A DNA stretch of 24,000 nt. Source: Cyanobacteria bacterium J06638_28. GTDB taxonomy: Bacteria; Cyanobacteriota; Cyanobacteriia; Phormidesmidales; Phormidesmidaceae. A model generated the notes under the pieces. It did no database searches and had not been told where the DNA came from. It was given only the letters and a program-made list of their open reading frames with translations. The position numbers and the translations under genes were made by a program. The DNA is taken from NCBI GenBank assembly GCA_039819045.1, contig JBCBSR010000009.1, forward strand, positions 37,076 to 61,075, given 5' to 3'. The number at the start of each line of letters is the position of its first letter. Position 1 is the first letter of the stretch. Below are positions 1-9,227 of this stretch, one piece after another.

Positions 1-2447
1 CAGATCGCCAGTCCGAGCCCCGTACCGCCCTGATGACCAGTGTCAGAGACATTTAACTGCTCAAACTGATTGAAAATAATGTCTAATTTATCTTCAGGAA
101 TACCTTGGCCCTGATCGGTGACCTGAACTAATAACATCGCAGGTGTGTTTTTAGCCGTTGCTAATGCTGCTTTTGTTTCTTTTAGATGACGCTCTTCTAT
201 GGCAAGCGATTCCTGCCCAGGCTGAATTCTTTGCGCAATTATCTTTACAGTTGATCCCTTTGGTGAAAACTTAATAGCATTACTGAGTAAGTTTGTGAGG
301 GTTTGGATAAGGCGATCCGGATCGGCTAAGAGTCGAACTGAAAGGGATTGAACGGCAAGGTGGATTTCATTTTTCTCAGCCATTGCACACATTTCATCTG
401 CTGCTTGAGCCATTAAATCGACTAAATTGCAGACTTGTTTCTTCAGCGTAACTTTGCCTAACTTGATGCGTTCGGCATCAAGAATATCATTAACCAAACG
501 AACTAAGCGATTGGTGTTGGAAAAAGCGATATCTACCATGCGCTGACGTTTTTCATGATGCTGATCCAGACCGCCCTTGGCCAGCAATCCTAGAGCCGTT
601 CGGATGGATGTGAGGGGTGTCCGCAATTCATGGCTCACGACTGAAATAAACTCATCTTTCATCCGCTCAATGACTTGGCGCTCAGTGATATCCTTGAAAA
701 TAATCACAACCCCCAAAATTTTGTTACGCTCTTTGATCGGTGTGCTGACGTACTCGGCTGGAAAAATAAAACCATCATGGCGTTGAAATAAATCGCCCGA
801 AATATGGTGCGTATTGCCTTGATTTAAGGTTGCTAAGATGGGACTTTCTTCCCATAAATAAGCCGTGCCATCAGGTTGTGAATGATGCACTAAGCGATGC
901 ATGAATTGTCCAATCATAGATTCAGCAGACTGCCCCAGAATTTTGGCAGCAGCAGGATTTACAAAGACAATTTGACCTTGAGGATCGAGACCACAAATTC
1001 CTTCGCCAGCAGACTTAAGAATCAGCTCATTTTGATGACTAAGGCGTTCTAGAGAGTCGCGAGCCTGCTGTAATTCTTTGAGCGTACGTTCGCGCTCCAT
1101 AATTTCTAGCCTTAAGTTGGCATTAGCTTGCTGTAATTCAACTGTGCGCTGCACCACGCGCTTTTCTAGATCAGCATTCAGAACCTGTATTTCCTGGTAT
1201 AGCTGAGTCTGATAGATGACTGAAGCAAACTGAGCGGCTAATGCTTCGGCTAGTTCAACGGCTTCAGGTGTCCAGGCATGAGCTTGGTTACGCTTGAGTT
1301 CGCGCCAAGTCGCAAAGGATTGGCGGGGGCGATTTTGCCGGGGATCAGCTGCATCCAATCGCCCTGCCCAAATATTTTCAATATCGATAGCTTGCCGAAA
1401 GAAGCTTAGGTACCCCAACCACTGCTCGCCATATCTTAGGTTTACGACTAGGAGCCCTCGCAAGTTCCTTCGCAGCAGCGAAGCGGAAATGGCCCAGGGT
1501 AGTTGAGCTTGTTTGATATCGGCGATCGCCCGTAGTGTTCTCTCTGACTGAGTTGGATCTTCACCCTCTAACCAGGTTTGCCAACTGGGTAGATGTTCTA
1601 ATACTGGCGGTGTTCCCTGTCTGTAATGGTCCTGTCTAGCGGCAGCAAATGTATGTGGTTGTTGACCACTGGTAATCAGCTGAAAGGATTCTCCCTGCCG
1701 TCTCGTGGCGATATATAGCCGACCGCCAACGCTAGTCAAATCAGTAACCGCTTGCTCTAGAGCCGTTCTAAGTGAGTCCTCTCCGGGTGCGTGGAGCAAT
1801 GAAGCCACTTGGTTAATCGTAGCTTCACGCTTGGTTCGCAAGCGGCTCTGAGTCAGCAACTCGGCGTGGTTGATGGCGACCGCAACTTGATCAGCAATCA
1901 GTTGCACCATCTCTAACTCTTTAGGACTAAACCGTCGGGGCGTACTGTGGTGAGCGACCAGTAGTCCCCAAAGACACTCACGATGCAGAATGGGGACTAC
2001 CAAGGAAGCCTGTACTCCCATCGCTTTGAGATATTCGATGTGGCAAAGGTCAACTGGTCTGAACCAGAGGTTACTCTCTAACGGTATCTGAGTTTTATGG
2101 CACACCAAAGGGCTGATGCCGATTTCTTGCCTGGGCACATTGATGATGGTGCGCTGACGAGCAACGAGAAACATTTCCCGAGCATGCTCGGGAATGTCCT
2201 CGGCTGGAAAGCGATGGCTTAGTAGGGAGGGTAAGCGCTGAGCGGCAATGGCCTCTGCCATGACTTCTCCACTGCCATCGGCTTGAAAGCGATAGACTTT
2301 GACACGGTCAACATCGAGAAAAAGCTGCATTTCATTGACCGTTGAGGCCAAAATTTCTGGCAACTCAATGGAGCGACGTATGCGATCAGTGATGCGATGC
2401 AGCAGCCCTTCTAGGGTTTGAATCGTGTGGGCATTAGAAGCGAGCAT
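1..2447 (-). CDS. rfpA: RfpA, knotless-phytochrome sensor histidine kinase (N-terminal 815 codons; C-terminus lies beyond the left edge)
   Basis: Manual minus-strand translation from ATG 2447-2445 is open to position 3. It is missing from the ORF track because no stop is reached. It has an N-terminal GAF with bilin motif PVDLCHIEYLKAMGV (Cys codon 2043-2045), a second GAF/PHY-like region, a coiled coil and a PAS domain. It also has the H-box SHELRTPLTSI (His codon 630-632) and HATPase boxes NLLSNAIKF, DQGQGI and GGTGLGLAI. It lies 87 bp downstream of rfpB on the same strand. Confidence 0.9.
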   Translation of the reverse strand, partial: MLASNAHTIQTLEGLLHRITDRIRRSIELPEILASTVNEMQLFLDVDRVKVYRFQADGSGEVMAEAIAAQRLPSLLSHRFPAEDIPEHAREMFLVARQRTIINVPRQEIGISPLVCHKTQIPLESNLWFRPVDLCHIEYLKAMGVQASLVVPILHRECLWGLLVAHHSTPRRFSPKELEMVQLIADQVAVAINHAELLTQSRLRTKREATINQVASLLHAPGEDSLRTALEQAVTDLTSVGGRLYIATRRQGESFQLITSGQQPHTFAAARQDHYRQGTPPVLEHLPSWQTWLEGEDPTQSERTLRAIADIKQAQLPWAISASLLRRNLRGLLVVNLRYGEQWLGYLSFFRQAIDIENIWAGRLDAADPRQNRPRQSFATWRELKRNQAHAWTPEAVELAEALAAQFASVIYQTQLYQEIQVLNADLEKRVVQRTVELQQANANLRLEIMERERTLKELQQARDSLERLSHQNELILKSAGEGICGLDPQGQIVFVNPAAAKILGQSAESMIGQFMHRLVHHSQPDGTAYLWEESPILATLNQGNTHHISGDLFQRHDGFIFPAEYVSTPIKERNKILGVVIIFKDITERQVIERMKDEFISVVSHELRTPLTSIRTALGLLAKGGLDQHHEKRQRMVDIAFSNTNRLVRLVNDILDAERIKLGKVTLKKQVCNLVDLMAQAADEMCAMAEKNEIHLAVQSLSVRLLADPDRLIQTLTNLLSNAIKFSPKGSTVKIIAQRIQPGQESLAIEERHLKETKAALATAKNTPAMLLVQVTDQGQGIPEDKLDIIFNQFEQLNVSDTGHQGGTGLGLAI

Positions 2448-2534
2448 GGAAAGAATGGGAGGATGGTTGGGGCAGACGCTGGATACTTAAACGACTAGGG
2501 ACAGAGATATCGGCGATTACCGATTCGATATATT

Positions 2535-4469
2535 TCAGATTGCAGTTGCCGCGATCGCGACCATGGCTCGATGCAGCTGCGATTGCTTAAGCTGTTCGAA
2601 GAGACGTTGCAATAGGGTTGCATCAGCTGAAGATTTTTCCACTAAATCATTAGCTCCAACGCGGAGGGCGGCTGCCTTGGTCTCAGCATCACTATGGGCG
2701 GTTAGAAATACAATCGGCAAGCGACTCCAAACGGGGGCCTGACGGATGGCCTGACAAAGCTCAAAACCGCTAAATGTCGGCATTTCAATGTCTAAAAGTA
2801 GCAAATCTGGAGAAGACGTCTGCAACGTGCTCCAAAAGTCGCGGGGCTGGTTCAGGGTCGTGAGCTGCAATCCTTGTGGTTCTAAGAGTGTCTGTAAGGC
2901 TTCTAGAATCTGGCAATCATCATCCACCGCAAGTACTTTGTGGCTCAGCGGTTGGAGGTGCGATCGCATCTCTAGCACGACCTTAAGAACCTCGGCAACG
3001 TCTGGGTTATGAAAAAAGGAGTGATTGCCGAGATGGGCTGCTTTGACCCGATTGGCCAAACTACCATCAGGACTACATACGAGCACCAACATGGGCGGTA
3101 CCTGATGAATGAGCTGTGATAGCCACTGGAGTGTTGTTCTATTACTACCGGCTAAAGCGAAATTGAGCAGTACCACATCCACTGGTAAGTGCTTGGATGC
3201 CAAAGTCTTCAAGTTGACCTGTGACGGCTGTTTTAGTGTTGTTTGAAGTCCTTGTAGGGCTGCCTCTGTCAAAGCGGTCACGACCGCTAAACCCTGAGCT
3301 TGAAGCCCCTTCATCAACTGTTGTAGTAGCGGTAAATCGTTGTCGACGAGAATGAATAACGGCGCAACAGCGCCTGATGCCGGTGGCTCAATCTGCCCTA
3401 GGGCTTGACTCAGCTCGGCTTCCAGCATGCTAACCGTTTTGACGAGATGCGTTTGGCTATCGAGATCAATAGGTGCCTTCCCCCGCAAGATTTGCTCAAT
3501 TGATCGGGCTAAGTCAGAGCCTGACTGAAGGCCAAAGATGCCCAGGGCTCCAGTCAGGCTGTGGGCTGCCTGAGTCGCTTTCTGTCGTAACGGTTCATTG
3601 AGTTCTTGCCCCTGTAAAGCGTGGATGGTTTGCTTGATAATTTCTAGCTTTGCTAAATGCTGCGACTTTACTGATCGCCAGAGGGTGGCCAGGGCCGTCT
3701 GAGTTTGTTGCTTCTGGGTAGCTGTCAGTGTTGATACAGGTGCTGGCTGATCAGTTTGAGGCAAAGATTGAGGGTTGGGTTGAGCTTCAGCGGTCTCAAT
3801 CGGCTTGAGGCGATAGCCGACACCATATACCGTTGCGATCAAGTCGCTAGGGGCACCTACATTAACCAGTTTACGCCGCAGGCCTCGCATGTGAGCTGTG
3901 ACGGTATCTTCGCCTGGCGCTTCATTACAATTCCAAAGGCTATCGAGGATGGCACCCCGACTAAAAACTTGCGATGGCTTCCGCAGGAATAATTCCAATA
4001 GGCGAAATTCTTTGGGGGTTAGATTGAGGGCCTGATCACCATAGTTGACCTCTTGGCTATTGGGATCTAATTGCAAAGCGCCCCATTTCAATGTGGACAA
4101 TAAGGGAGTTTGAGTTCTGCGTAGCAACACCCGCACCCGAGCCAGCAGTTCCTTGAGTTCAAAAGGCTTAGTGATGTAGTCATCGGCTCCAGCATCCAGG
4201 CCCGAAATTTTTTGAGAGCCTGAATCTAGGGCCGTCACTAGCAAAACTGGCATGTGATATGAATTGTCCCGTAGTCTCTGACAAAGCTGAATACCATCCA
4301 GCTTGGGCAGCATCACATCGAGCACAATTAAGTCATAGTTAAAGGATTTGACGAGTTGCCAACCGGCTTGTCCATCGTTGGCTACATCAACGGCATAATG
4401 TTCGCTAATGAGGCTTTTTTCAAGATATTTTGCAACAGAATCGTCATCCTCAACGAGTAGTATCCTCAT
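2535..4469 (-). CDS. rfpB: RfpB, multi-domain response regulator/transcription factor (REC, OmpR-type winged helix, HPt-like, degenerate REC, REC)
   Basis: The ORF track gives 2535..4493 (652 aa) from a TTG. The ATG at 4469 giving MRILLVEDDD is the more typical receiver start. Using track numbering: REC1 has the acceptor LIVLD59; the wHTH is LTPKEFRLLELFL...VYGVGYRL; the HPt-like motif is AAH311SLTGALGIFGL; the degenerate receiver is VVLLN444F; REC3 is LLLLD568IEMP. Confidence 0.9.
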   Translation of the reverse strand: MRILLVEDDDSVAKYLEKSLISEHYAVDVANDGQAGWQLVKSFNYDLIVLDVMLPKLDGIQLCQRLRDNSYHMPVLLVTALDSGSQKISGLDAGADDYITKPFELKELLARVRVLLRRTQTPLLSTLKWGALQLDPNSQEVNYGDQALNLTPKEFRLLELFLRKPSQVFSRGAILDSLWNCNEAPGEDTVTAHMRGLRRKLVNVGAPSDLIATVYGVGYRLKPIETAEAQPNPQSLPQTDQPAPVSTLTATQKQQTQTALATLWRSVKSQHLAKLEIIKQTIHALQGQELNEPLRQKATQAAHSLTGALGIFGLQSGSDLARSIEQILRGKAPIDLDSQTHLVKTVSMLEAELSQALGQIEPPASGAVAPLFILVDNDLPLLQQLMKGLQAQGLAVVTALTEAALQGLQTTLKQPSQVNLKTLASKHLPVDVVLLNFALAGSNRTTLQWLSQLIHQVPPMLVLVCSPDGSLANRVKAAHLGNHSFFHNPDVAEVLKVVLEMRSHLQPLSHKVLAVDDDCQILEALQTLLEPQGLQLTTLNQPRDFWSTLQTSSPDLLLLDIEMPTFSGFELCQAIRQAPVWSRLPIVFLTAHSDAETKAAALRVGANDLVEKSSADATLLQRLFEQLKQSQLHRAMVAIAATAI

Positions 4470-4840
4470 CGATTTCTGCCCGTTTGATATCAATATTGAG
4501 ATCGATCAAAAATTAAGATCCTGACTGCTTAAAAACGCAAACCAGGATGTCTTTGCCTATTGGTTTAATGTTAACTATTTTATTTAATATTTTACCAAAA
4601 TTTATTAAAGTTAATCTTTTTGAGAGTGCTTGCAATTTTGAGGAAGAGACTTTTCTATGAAAATTGCTGATGAGTCTGTTGCTTGTCTGGAAATATTGCC
4701 AATTCTTTTCGTCCTTAGCTCAAAAGGAAAGCGCTAGCATTTTCATCAATTCTTGCCTTCCCGAAAAATTTAGATTTATATGTTTCACTTTAAATACAAG
4801 AGCGATCTTTGCTTCTTGATGCGATTCCTTGGCTTCCTGG

Positions 4841-4900
4841 GTAGGTTATCTTTTCAGGCGATCGCTTATAAAATAAGAAATATCCTGAAAAGATCCTACC
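4841..4900 (-). terminator. Composite stem-loop 27 nt downstream of psaJ2; possible operon terminator or RNA-stability element
   Basis: atcttttcagg (4848-4858) pairs perfectly with cctgaaaagat (4884-4894). The stem is extended by gtagg (4841-4845) pairing with cctac (4896-4900). The loop contains a HIP1 site and a small cttat/ataag hairpin. No clear U-tract follows on the minus strand. Confidence 0.35.
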
Positions 4901-4926
4901 CTTACCTCAAATCAGACTTAAAGCGC

Positions 4927-5058
4927 TTAATGGAAGTAGGTGCCATATTGCAAGCCAGGAAAAATCTGATTAAGTCCAATCATCAAGACAGCCAGGAAAC
5001 CTAAAGCGATCGCAGCCATGATAGGCGCACTGGTGAGATATTTGGTGAAGTATTGCAT
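4927..5058 (-). CDS. psaJ: Photosystem I subunit IX paralog, PsaJ2 (43 aa)
   Basis: Below the ORF-track size cutoff; found by manual translation as MQYFTKYLTSAPIMAAIALGFLAVLMIGLNQIFPGLQYGTYFH. It matches the PsaJ pattern (F/Y)L(S/T)xAP(V/I)M followed by a TM helix. GGAGAA lies upstream of the ATG, and the gene follows psaF as in psaFJ operons. Confidence 0.85.
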   Translation of the reverse strand: MQYFTKYLTSAPIMAAIALGFLAVLMIGLNQIFPGLQYGTYFH

Positions 5059-5174
5059 TGGATTCTCCTAAACACTAGAAGCTAATCATCGGAAATGAAA
5101 TGTGGTCAATTGTTCTTAGTTAATCTGCCCGCAACGCTTAATTCATAGGTAATGCTTAACTTGTCGCGAAGCGC

Positions 5175-5657
5175 TTACCGTGGTGATATAGAGAGTTCGC
5201 TATCCTTTGCGGTGAATTCTCCCGTCGTCACTTCCTTAAATACGACTAATGGCCACAGCAGACCCTGCGTGAATGAGCGAATTGCAAGTGGAATGTTGAT
5301 GAAGATTTCCATTTCTTCTGGTTTAGAAGATTGTTTGCTGCCAATCAAGTAGGCTCGACCTGACCAACCTACAAAACCAGCGAAGTAAAAGAAGATGGCA
5401 AAGGGAATTACGATATCAATGGCTCGGTCAAGCCTGAGTTGTAGATGAGGGAGTCCATCATCGCCACATAGAAGGTTGGATGAATAAGCCTGATAGGGTT
5501 GATCAAAGTAGTAGCCTTGGGGCGCATTTTGCATACGTTCTTGAAAGGCTATGGAGTCTTGGCAGGGTGTTAAATGAGTATCTGACACCGCCAAAGCTGG
5601 CGGCATGATACCCACCCACAATAGTAGAGATAACGCAATCATTAAAATCTGACGCAT
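5175..5657 (-). CDS. psaF: Photosystem I subunit III paralog, PsaF2
   Basis: PsaF-like: signal peptide MRQILMIALSLLLWVGIMPPALA, conserved LTPCQDSxAF and GWSGRAYL. I prefer the internal ATG at 5657 (GGAGA 7 nt upstream) over the track start at 5687. Confidence 0.9.
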   Translation of the reverse strand: MRQILMIALSLLLWVGIMPPALAVSDTHLTPCQDSIAFQERMQNAPQGYYFDQPYQAYSSNLLCGDDGLPHLQLRLDRAIDIVIPFAIFFYFAGFVGWSGRAYLIGSKQSSKPEEMEIFINIPLAIRSFTQGLLWPLVVFKEVTTGEFTAKDSELSISPR

Positions 5658-5746
5658 GAGAATATCTCCTAGTTGGTTTGAGTACATTTCATGTCAATGA
5701 AGTGCAAGCACGGGGATTCTCTGGATTGAGAATTGCTGAAGCGAGA

Positions 5747-5986
5747 TTACGAGACTGAGGTTGGTTCAGCTCCCATGACTGTTGATTGTCCTGATGATGG
5801 GCTTTCAAAAGCTGATTCTGTTGGGGTTTGTCCCATTAGGGTTTCGTTATTGGTTTCACGCTCAATCCAGAGAAATATGATCGCAAAAATGGGAAACGGC
5901 AGGATATAAAAAATCATTGGAATCATAATCCAAGGCAGCCAAGAAGCAGCATACTCGCCAGTGAGTTGGGTCATGTCAGCCATCAT
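5747..5986 (-). CDS. psaI: Photosystem I subunit VIII paralog, PsaI2, with an approximately 40-aa C-terminal extension
   Basis: The N-terminal half TGEYAASWLPWIMIPMIFYILPFPIFAIIFLWIE matches the PsaI core (GSYAASxLPWIxIP plus a TM helix). AAGGAG lies upstream. The remainder is an S/T/P/E-rich tail. Confidence 0.8.
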   Translation of the reverse strand: MMADMTQLTGEYAASWLPWIMIPMIFYILPFPIFAIIFLWIERETNNETLMGQTPTESAFESPSSGQSTVMGAEPTSVS

Positions 5987-6094
5987 TTTCTCCTTGTTTA
6001 GATCTTTATTTGGGATATGAAAAGGCTGTTCTTAGTTTTGTGATTGACTGGAAACGTTAATCACGAAGAATCAAAATTTAAGGACTAAGAACCC

Positions 6095-6664
6095 TCACCC
6101 TATTCCTCCCGAAACAATTGTCTGACTGACATTTACGGCACCTCGAAGAATCGCGTCGAGGTCGTCGAAGTTTTCTAAGAGTACATAGGCGAAGATCGCT
6201 CCGCCCATTGAACCGAGGAGGATGCCACCGCAAAGTTGGAACCAGTCTTCTTTCTTACGTAAAGGGCGTAGGCGATCGCGCGACTTAGAGTTGTATGGGC
6301 CTCGCGGATCCCCTTGAAAAGTCGTCAACGCAAAGATAGAAATACCAAGGCAAGCGGATACAGTGATGTAGATGGCGGTAATGAGACCGCTTAAGTTAGC
6401 CCCGTGGGCGGTTTCGCGGAGCGGGCCAACGACGACTTCAGGCCCCACTAAAAAATAGCCGTGAGCCATACCAATTTCTAACCCTCGCAAAAAGGGTGTT
6501 AGCCCCGGACGGTAAGCTGGCAAGTTGTTGATGTAGGCTTTCACCCAATCGGAATTGTTAATGGGCGTCGCCAAGTTACCTAAACAAGGGTTTCCCTGAT
6601 AGGGCTGGACGGGATCATCTGGACTGTAAGCATTGGCCCAAATGGGTTGTGAGGTATCTGTCAT
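6095..6664 (-). CDS. psaL: Photosystem I subunit XI paralog, PsaL2
   Basis: PsaL hallmarks: NLPAYRPGLTPFLRGLEIGMAHGYFLVGP and C-terminal TM helices. Confidence 0.9.
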   Translation of the reverse strand: MTDTSQPIWANAYSPDDPVQPYQGNPCLGNLATPINNSDWVKAYINNLPAYRPGLTPFLRGLEIGMAHGYFLVGPEVVVGPLRETAHGANLSGLITAIYITVSACLGISIFALTTFQGDPRGPYNSKSRDRLRPLRKKEDWFQLCGGILLGSMGGAIFAYVLLENFDDLDAILRGAVNVSQTIVSGGIG

Positions 6665-6822
6665 GGGATTGACCGCTTCCGAATCTTGAAAGTTGGCTGA
6701 TATAGCTGTCGCCAGCGACCTGAGGCCGCGACGGCGAAGCCATTTGGCTGTGTCCTAAGTATCAGAAGGATCCTAGGTGTCCTAGCCTAAATGGCTAAAG
6801 CTATAAGTGTTGAGAGAATAAA

Positions 6823-6849
6823 GTCCTGGCCGGCACTAACGGCCAGGAC
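6823..6849 (-). terminator. Perfect 10-bp stem-loop downstream of psaB2 (second of two)
   Basis: gtcctggccg (6823-6832), a 7-nt loop, then cggccaggac (6840-6849). Confidence 0.45.
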
Positions 6850-6875
6850 AGTCTGGGAGGAGAGTCCCAGTATTG

Positions 6876-6907
6876 CGGTCAGGGCCTTGCAGGAGTTGCC
6901 CTGACCG
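6876..6907 (-). terminator. Perfect 10-bp stem-loop immediately downstream of the psaB2 stop
   Basis: cggtcagggc (6876-6885), a 12-nt loop, then gccctgaccg (6898-6907). It begins 9 nt after the psaB2 stop codon. Confidence 0.5.
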
Positions 6908-6915
6908 ATGATGGG

Positions 6916-9147
6916 TCACGGAAATCGACTCGCTGTTGACGCAATCAGGAATGCGCCATAGGTTGCGATGTAGCCGACCGTGAAATGGGTGAGGCCCACG
7001 AGACGAGCCTGCACGATAGACAGGGCGACAGGCTTATCTTTGGGGTAGCCGAAGGACAGCGGCGTATTTTCGTGAGCCCAGATCAGCGTTTCGATCAGTT
7101 CCTGCCAATAGCCTCGCCAGGTAATCAGGAACATGAAGCTCACAGCCCAAACCAGATGGCCAAATAGGAACATCCACGCCCATACCGCCAGGTTATTGGT
7201 GCCATAGGGGTTGTAGCCATTGATCAACTGCGATGAGTTCAGCCACAGGTAGTCGCGGAACCAGCCCATCAAGTAGGTAGAACTTTCGTTGAACTGGGCG
7301 ACATTGCCGCTCCAGATAGCCAGATGTTTCCAGTGCCAATAGAAGGTAATCCACCCTAGCGAGTTCAGCATCCAGAACATAGCCAGGTAAAAGGAGTCCC
7401 AGGCAGAAATGTCGCAGGTGCCGCCTCGACCGGGGCCATCGCAGGGAAAGCTATAGCCGAAGTCCTTTTTATCGGGCATCAGCTTCGAGCCTCGGGCATC
7501 TAACGCGCCTTTGACCAGAATCAGGGTAGTGACGTGAAGACCCAGGGCGATCGCATGGTGAACCAACAAATCCCCGGGGCCGATGGTGAGGAATAGCGAA
7601 TTTGTCCCGCTGTTGATACCCTCTAACCAGCCCGGTAGCCACACATTGCCGTGATTGGGCCAAGCGGTGGTAGCCACACTGTCAGGGTTAGACAACAATG
7701 AACTAATGCCGTACAGGGTTTTGCCATGGAAGGCTTGAATCCACTGAGCAAAGACGGGCTCAATCAAAATCTGTTTTTCAGGAGCCCCGAAGGCAACTTC
7801 ACAATCGTTATGGACATAGATGCCTAGGGTGTGAAAGCCCAGGAACAACGACACCCAACTCAAATGCGAGATAATCGCTTCTTTGTGGTTCAGCACGCGA
7901 GCAAGGACGTTATCTTCATTAGCCTTGGGGTCATAGTCGCGGATGAGAAAGATGGCCCCGTGGGCAAAGGCTCCCACCATCAAAAAGCCAGCAATATACT
8001 GGTGGTGGGTATAGAGGGCCGACATGGTGGTGTAGTCTCGGGCCATAAAGGCATAGGGCGGCATGGCGTACATGTGCTGAGCCACCAAAGAGCACACCAC
8101 CCCCAAACAGGCCAGGTGCCAACCCAACTGAAAATGCAGGGAATTGTTGTAAGTGTCATAAATGCCCTGATGTCCCCGCCCGGTTCGAGGGGCAATGAAG
8201 AACCCTTTCCACCCTGGCCCCTGAAGGGCTTCGGTCATTTCCTTGATGCTGTGGCCAATGCCCCAGTTGGTGCGGTACATGTGACCCGCGATGATAAAGA
8301 TGACGGCGATCGCCAAATGGTGATGGGCCATATCCGTCAGCCATAGGGATTCCGTTTGAGGATGAAAGCCCCCTAGGAAGGTGAGCATGGCCGTCCCCGC
8401 CCCCTGTGCCGTCCCAAAGATATGGTCTGCCGTATCGGGATTTTGAGCGTAGGCTCCCCAGTTTCCCGTAAAGAACGGCACTAGCCCTTCTGGATGGGGT
8501 TGCACCGATAGAAAATTGTCCCAACCTACATGCTGTCCCCGTGATTCAGGGATGGCGACATGCACCAAGTGGCCCGTCCAGGCTAAGGCACTGACCCCAA
8601 ACAGACCAGCCAGGTGATGGTTCAGGCGGGACTCAGCATTTTTGAACCAGGCTAGATTAGGACGGAAGCGGGGCTGTAAATGCAGCCACCCCGCATAGAG
8701 CATCACTGCTGCTAGCAGCAGCAAGAACATGGCCCCCACAAATAGGTCAGTATTGGTGCGCATGCCGATGGTGTACCACCAGTGATACACCCCGGAATAA
8801 CAAATATCGACAGGGTTTTTGGCCCCCGCTTGGGTATAGGCTTCGATCGCGGCAGGCCCAAACTGGGCATCCCAAATCGCGTGAGCAATGGGCGAAGTGT
8901 TTAGCGGATCTTGAATCCACTGTTCAAAATTGCCCTGCCAGGCCACATGAAACAAAATGCCAGAAATCCATAGAAAGATAATGGCAAGGTGTCCAAAATG
9001 GGAGGCGAAGATCTTTTGGTAAAGATTCTCCTCTGTCATCCCATCGTGGGTTTCAAAGTCATGGGCCGTGGCGATCGCATAGAAGAGCCGACGAGTGGTC
9101 GGATCACGTTGCAAATCCTGACTAAATTTTGGAAATTTTGTCGCCAT
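6916..9147 (-). CDS. psaB: Photosystem I P700 apoprotein A2 paralog, PsaB2
   Basis: [20 protein letters not shown] is the canonical PsaB N-terminus, so the start is ATG 9147, not the track start 9180. It has the FX cluster motif [18 protein letters not shown] and is full length at 743 aa. Confidence 0.95.
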   Translation of the reverse strand: MATKFPKFSQDLQRDPTTRRLFYAIATAHDFETHDGMTEENLYQKIFASHFGHLAIIFLWISGILFHVAWQGNFEQWIQDPLNTSPIAHAIWDAQFGPAAIEAYTQAGAKNPVDICYSGVYHWWYTIGMRTNTDLFVGAMFLLLLAAVMLYAGWLHLQPRFRPNLAWFKNAESRLNHHLAGLFGVSALAWTGHLVHVAIPESRGQHVGWDNFLSVQPHPEGLVPFFTGNWGAYAQNPDTADHIFGTAQGAGTAMLTFLGGFHPQTESLWLTDMAHHHLAIAVIFIIAGHMYRTNWGIGHSIKEMTEALQGPGWKGFFIAPRTGRGHQGIYDTYNNSLHFQLGWHLACLGVVCSLVAQHMYAMPPYAFMARDYTTMSALYTHHQYIAGFLMVGAFAHGAIFLIRDYDPKANEDNVLARVLNHKEAIISHLSWVSLFLGFHTLGIYVHNDCEVAFGAPEKQILIEPVFAQWIQAFHGKTLYGISSLLSNPDSVATTAWPNHGNVWLPGWLEGINSGTNSLFLTIGPGDLLVHHAIALGLHVTTLILVKGALDARGSKLMPDKKDFGYSFPCDGPGRGGTCDISAWDSFYLAMFWMLNSLGWITFYWHWKHLAIWSGNVAQFNESSTYLMGWFRDYLWLNSSQLINGYNPYGTNNLAVWAWMFLFGHLVWAVSFMFLITWRGYWQELIETLIWAHENTPLSFGYPKDKPVALSIVQARLVGLTHFTVGYIATYGAFLIASTASRFP

Positions 9148-9227
9148 GGTTCGAAAGTGAGTTTGAAAGTATGAATTCAAAAATGAAAGTCACATCCCTC
9201 CTCTGAGGAGGGGTGCTTGAACATCTG

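Noticed and set aside
4780-5004. 74-aa plus-strand ORF in the rfpB/psaJ2 spacer
   Set aside because: It overlaps the convincing psaJ2 gene on the opposite strand and the stem-loop at 4841-4900. It has no RBS and no recognisable family.
7831-8346. 171-aa plus-strand ORF and several 60-120 aa ORFs on either strand inside psaB2 and psaA2 (for example 7469-7663, 8156-8524, 10046-10414, 10515-10781, 10804-11049)
   Set aside because: These are shadow ORFs inside strongly conserved PsaA/PsaB coding sequence. Their composition is Arg/Gly/Pro-rich, typical of off-frame translation, and they have no RBS and no recognisable motifs.
9148-9180. Longer N-termini proposed by the ORF track (psaB2 from 9180, psaF2 from 5687, psbV2 from TTG 13452, apcD3 from 21810, rfpB from TTG 4493, psbO2 from TTG 16455)
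   Set aside because: In each case an internal ATG reproduces the canonical family N-terminus (MATKFPKF, signal peptides, MSIVKQ, MRILLVEDD). Most have a better-placed Shine-Dalgarno, the exception being apcD3, whose RBS is weak.
9190-9227. ccctcctc-t-gaggaggg inverted repeat in the psaA2-psaB2 spacer
   Set aside because: The loop is too short for the full stem, it lies about 50 nt from the psaB2 start, and there is no U-tract. It is probably incidental or a minor mRNA structure.
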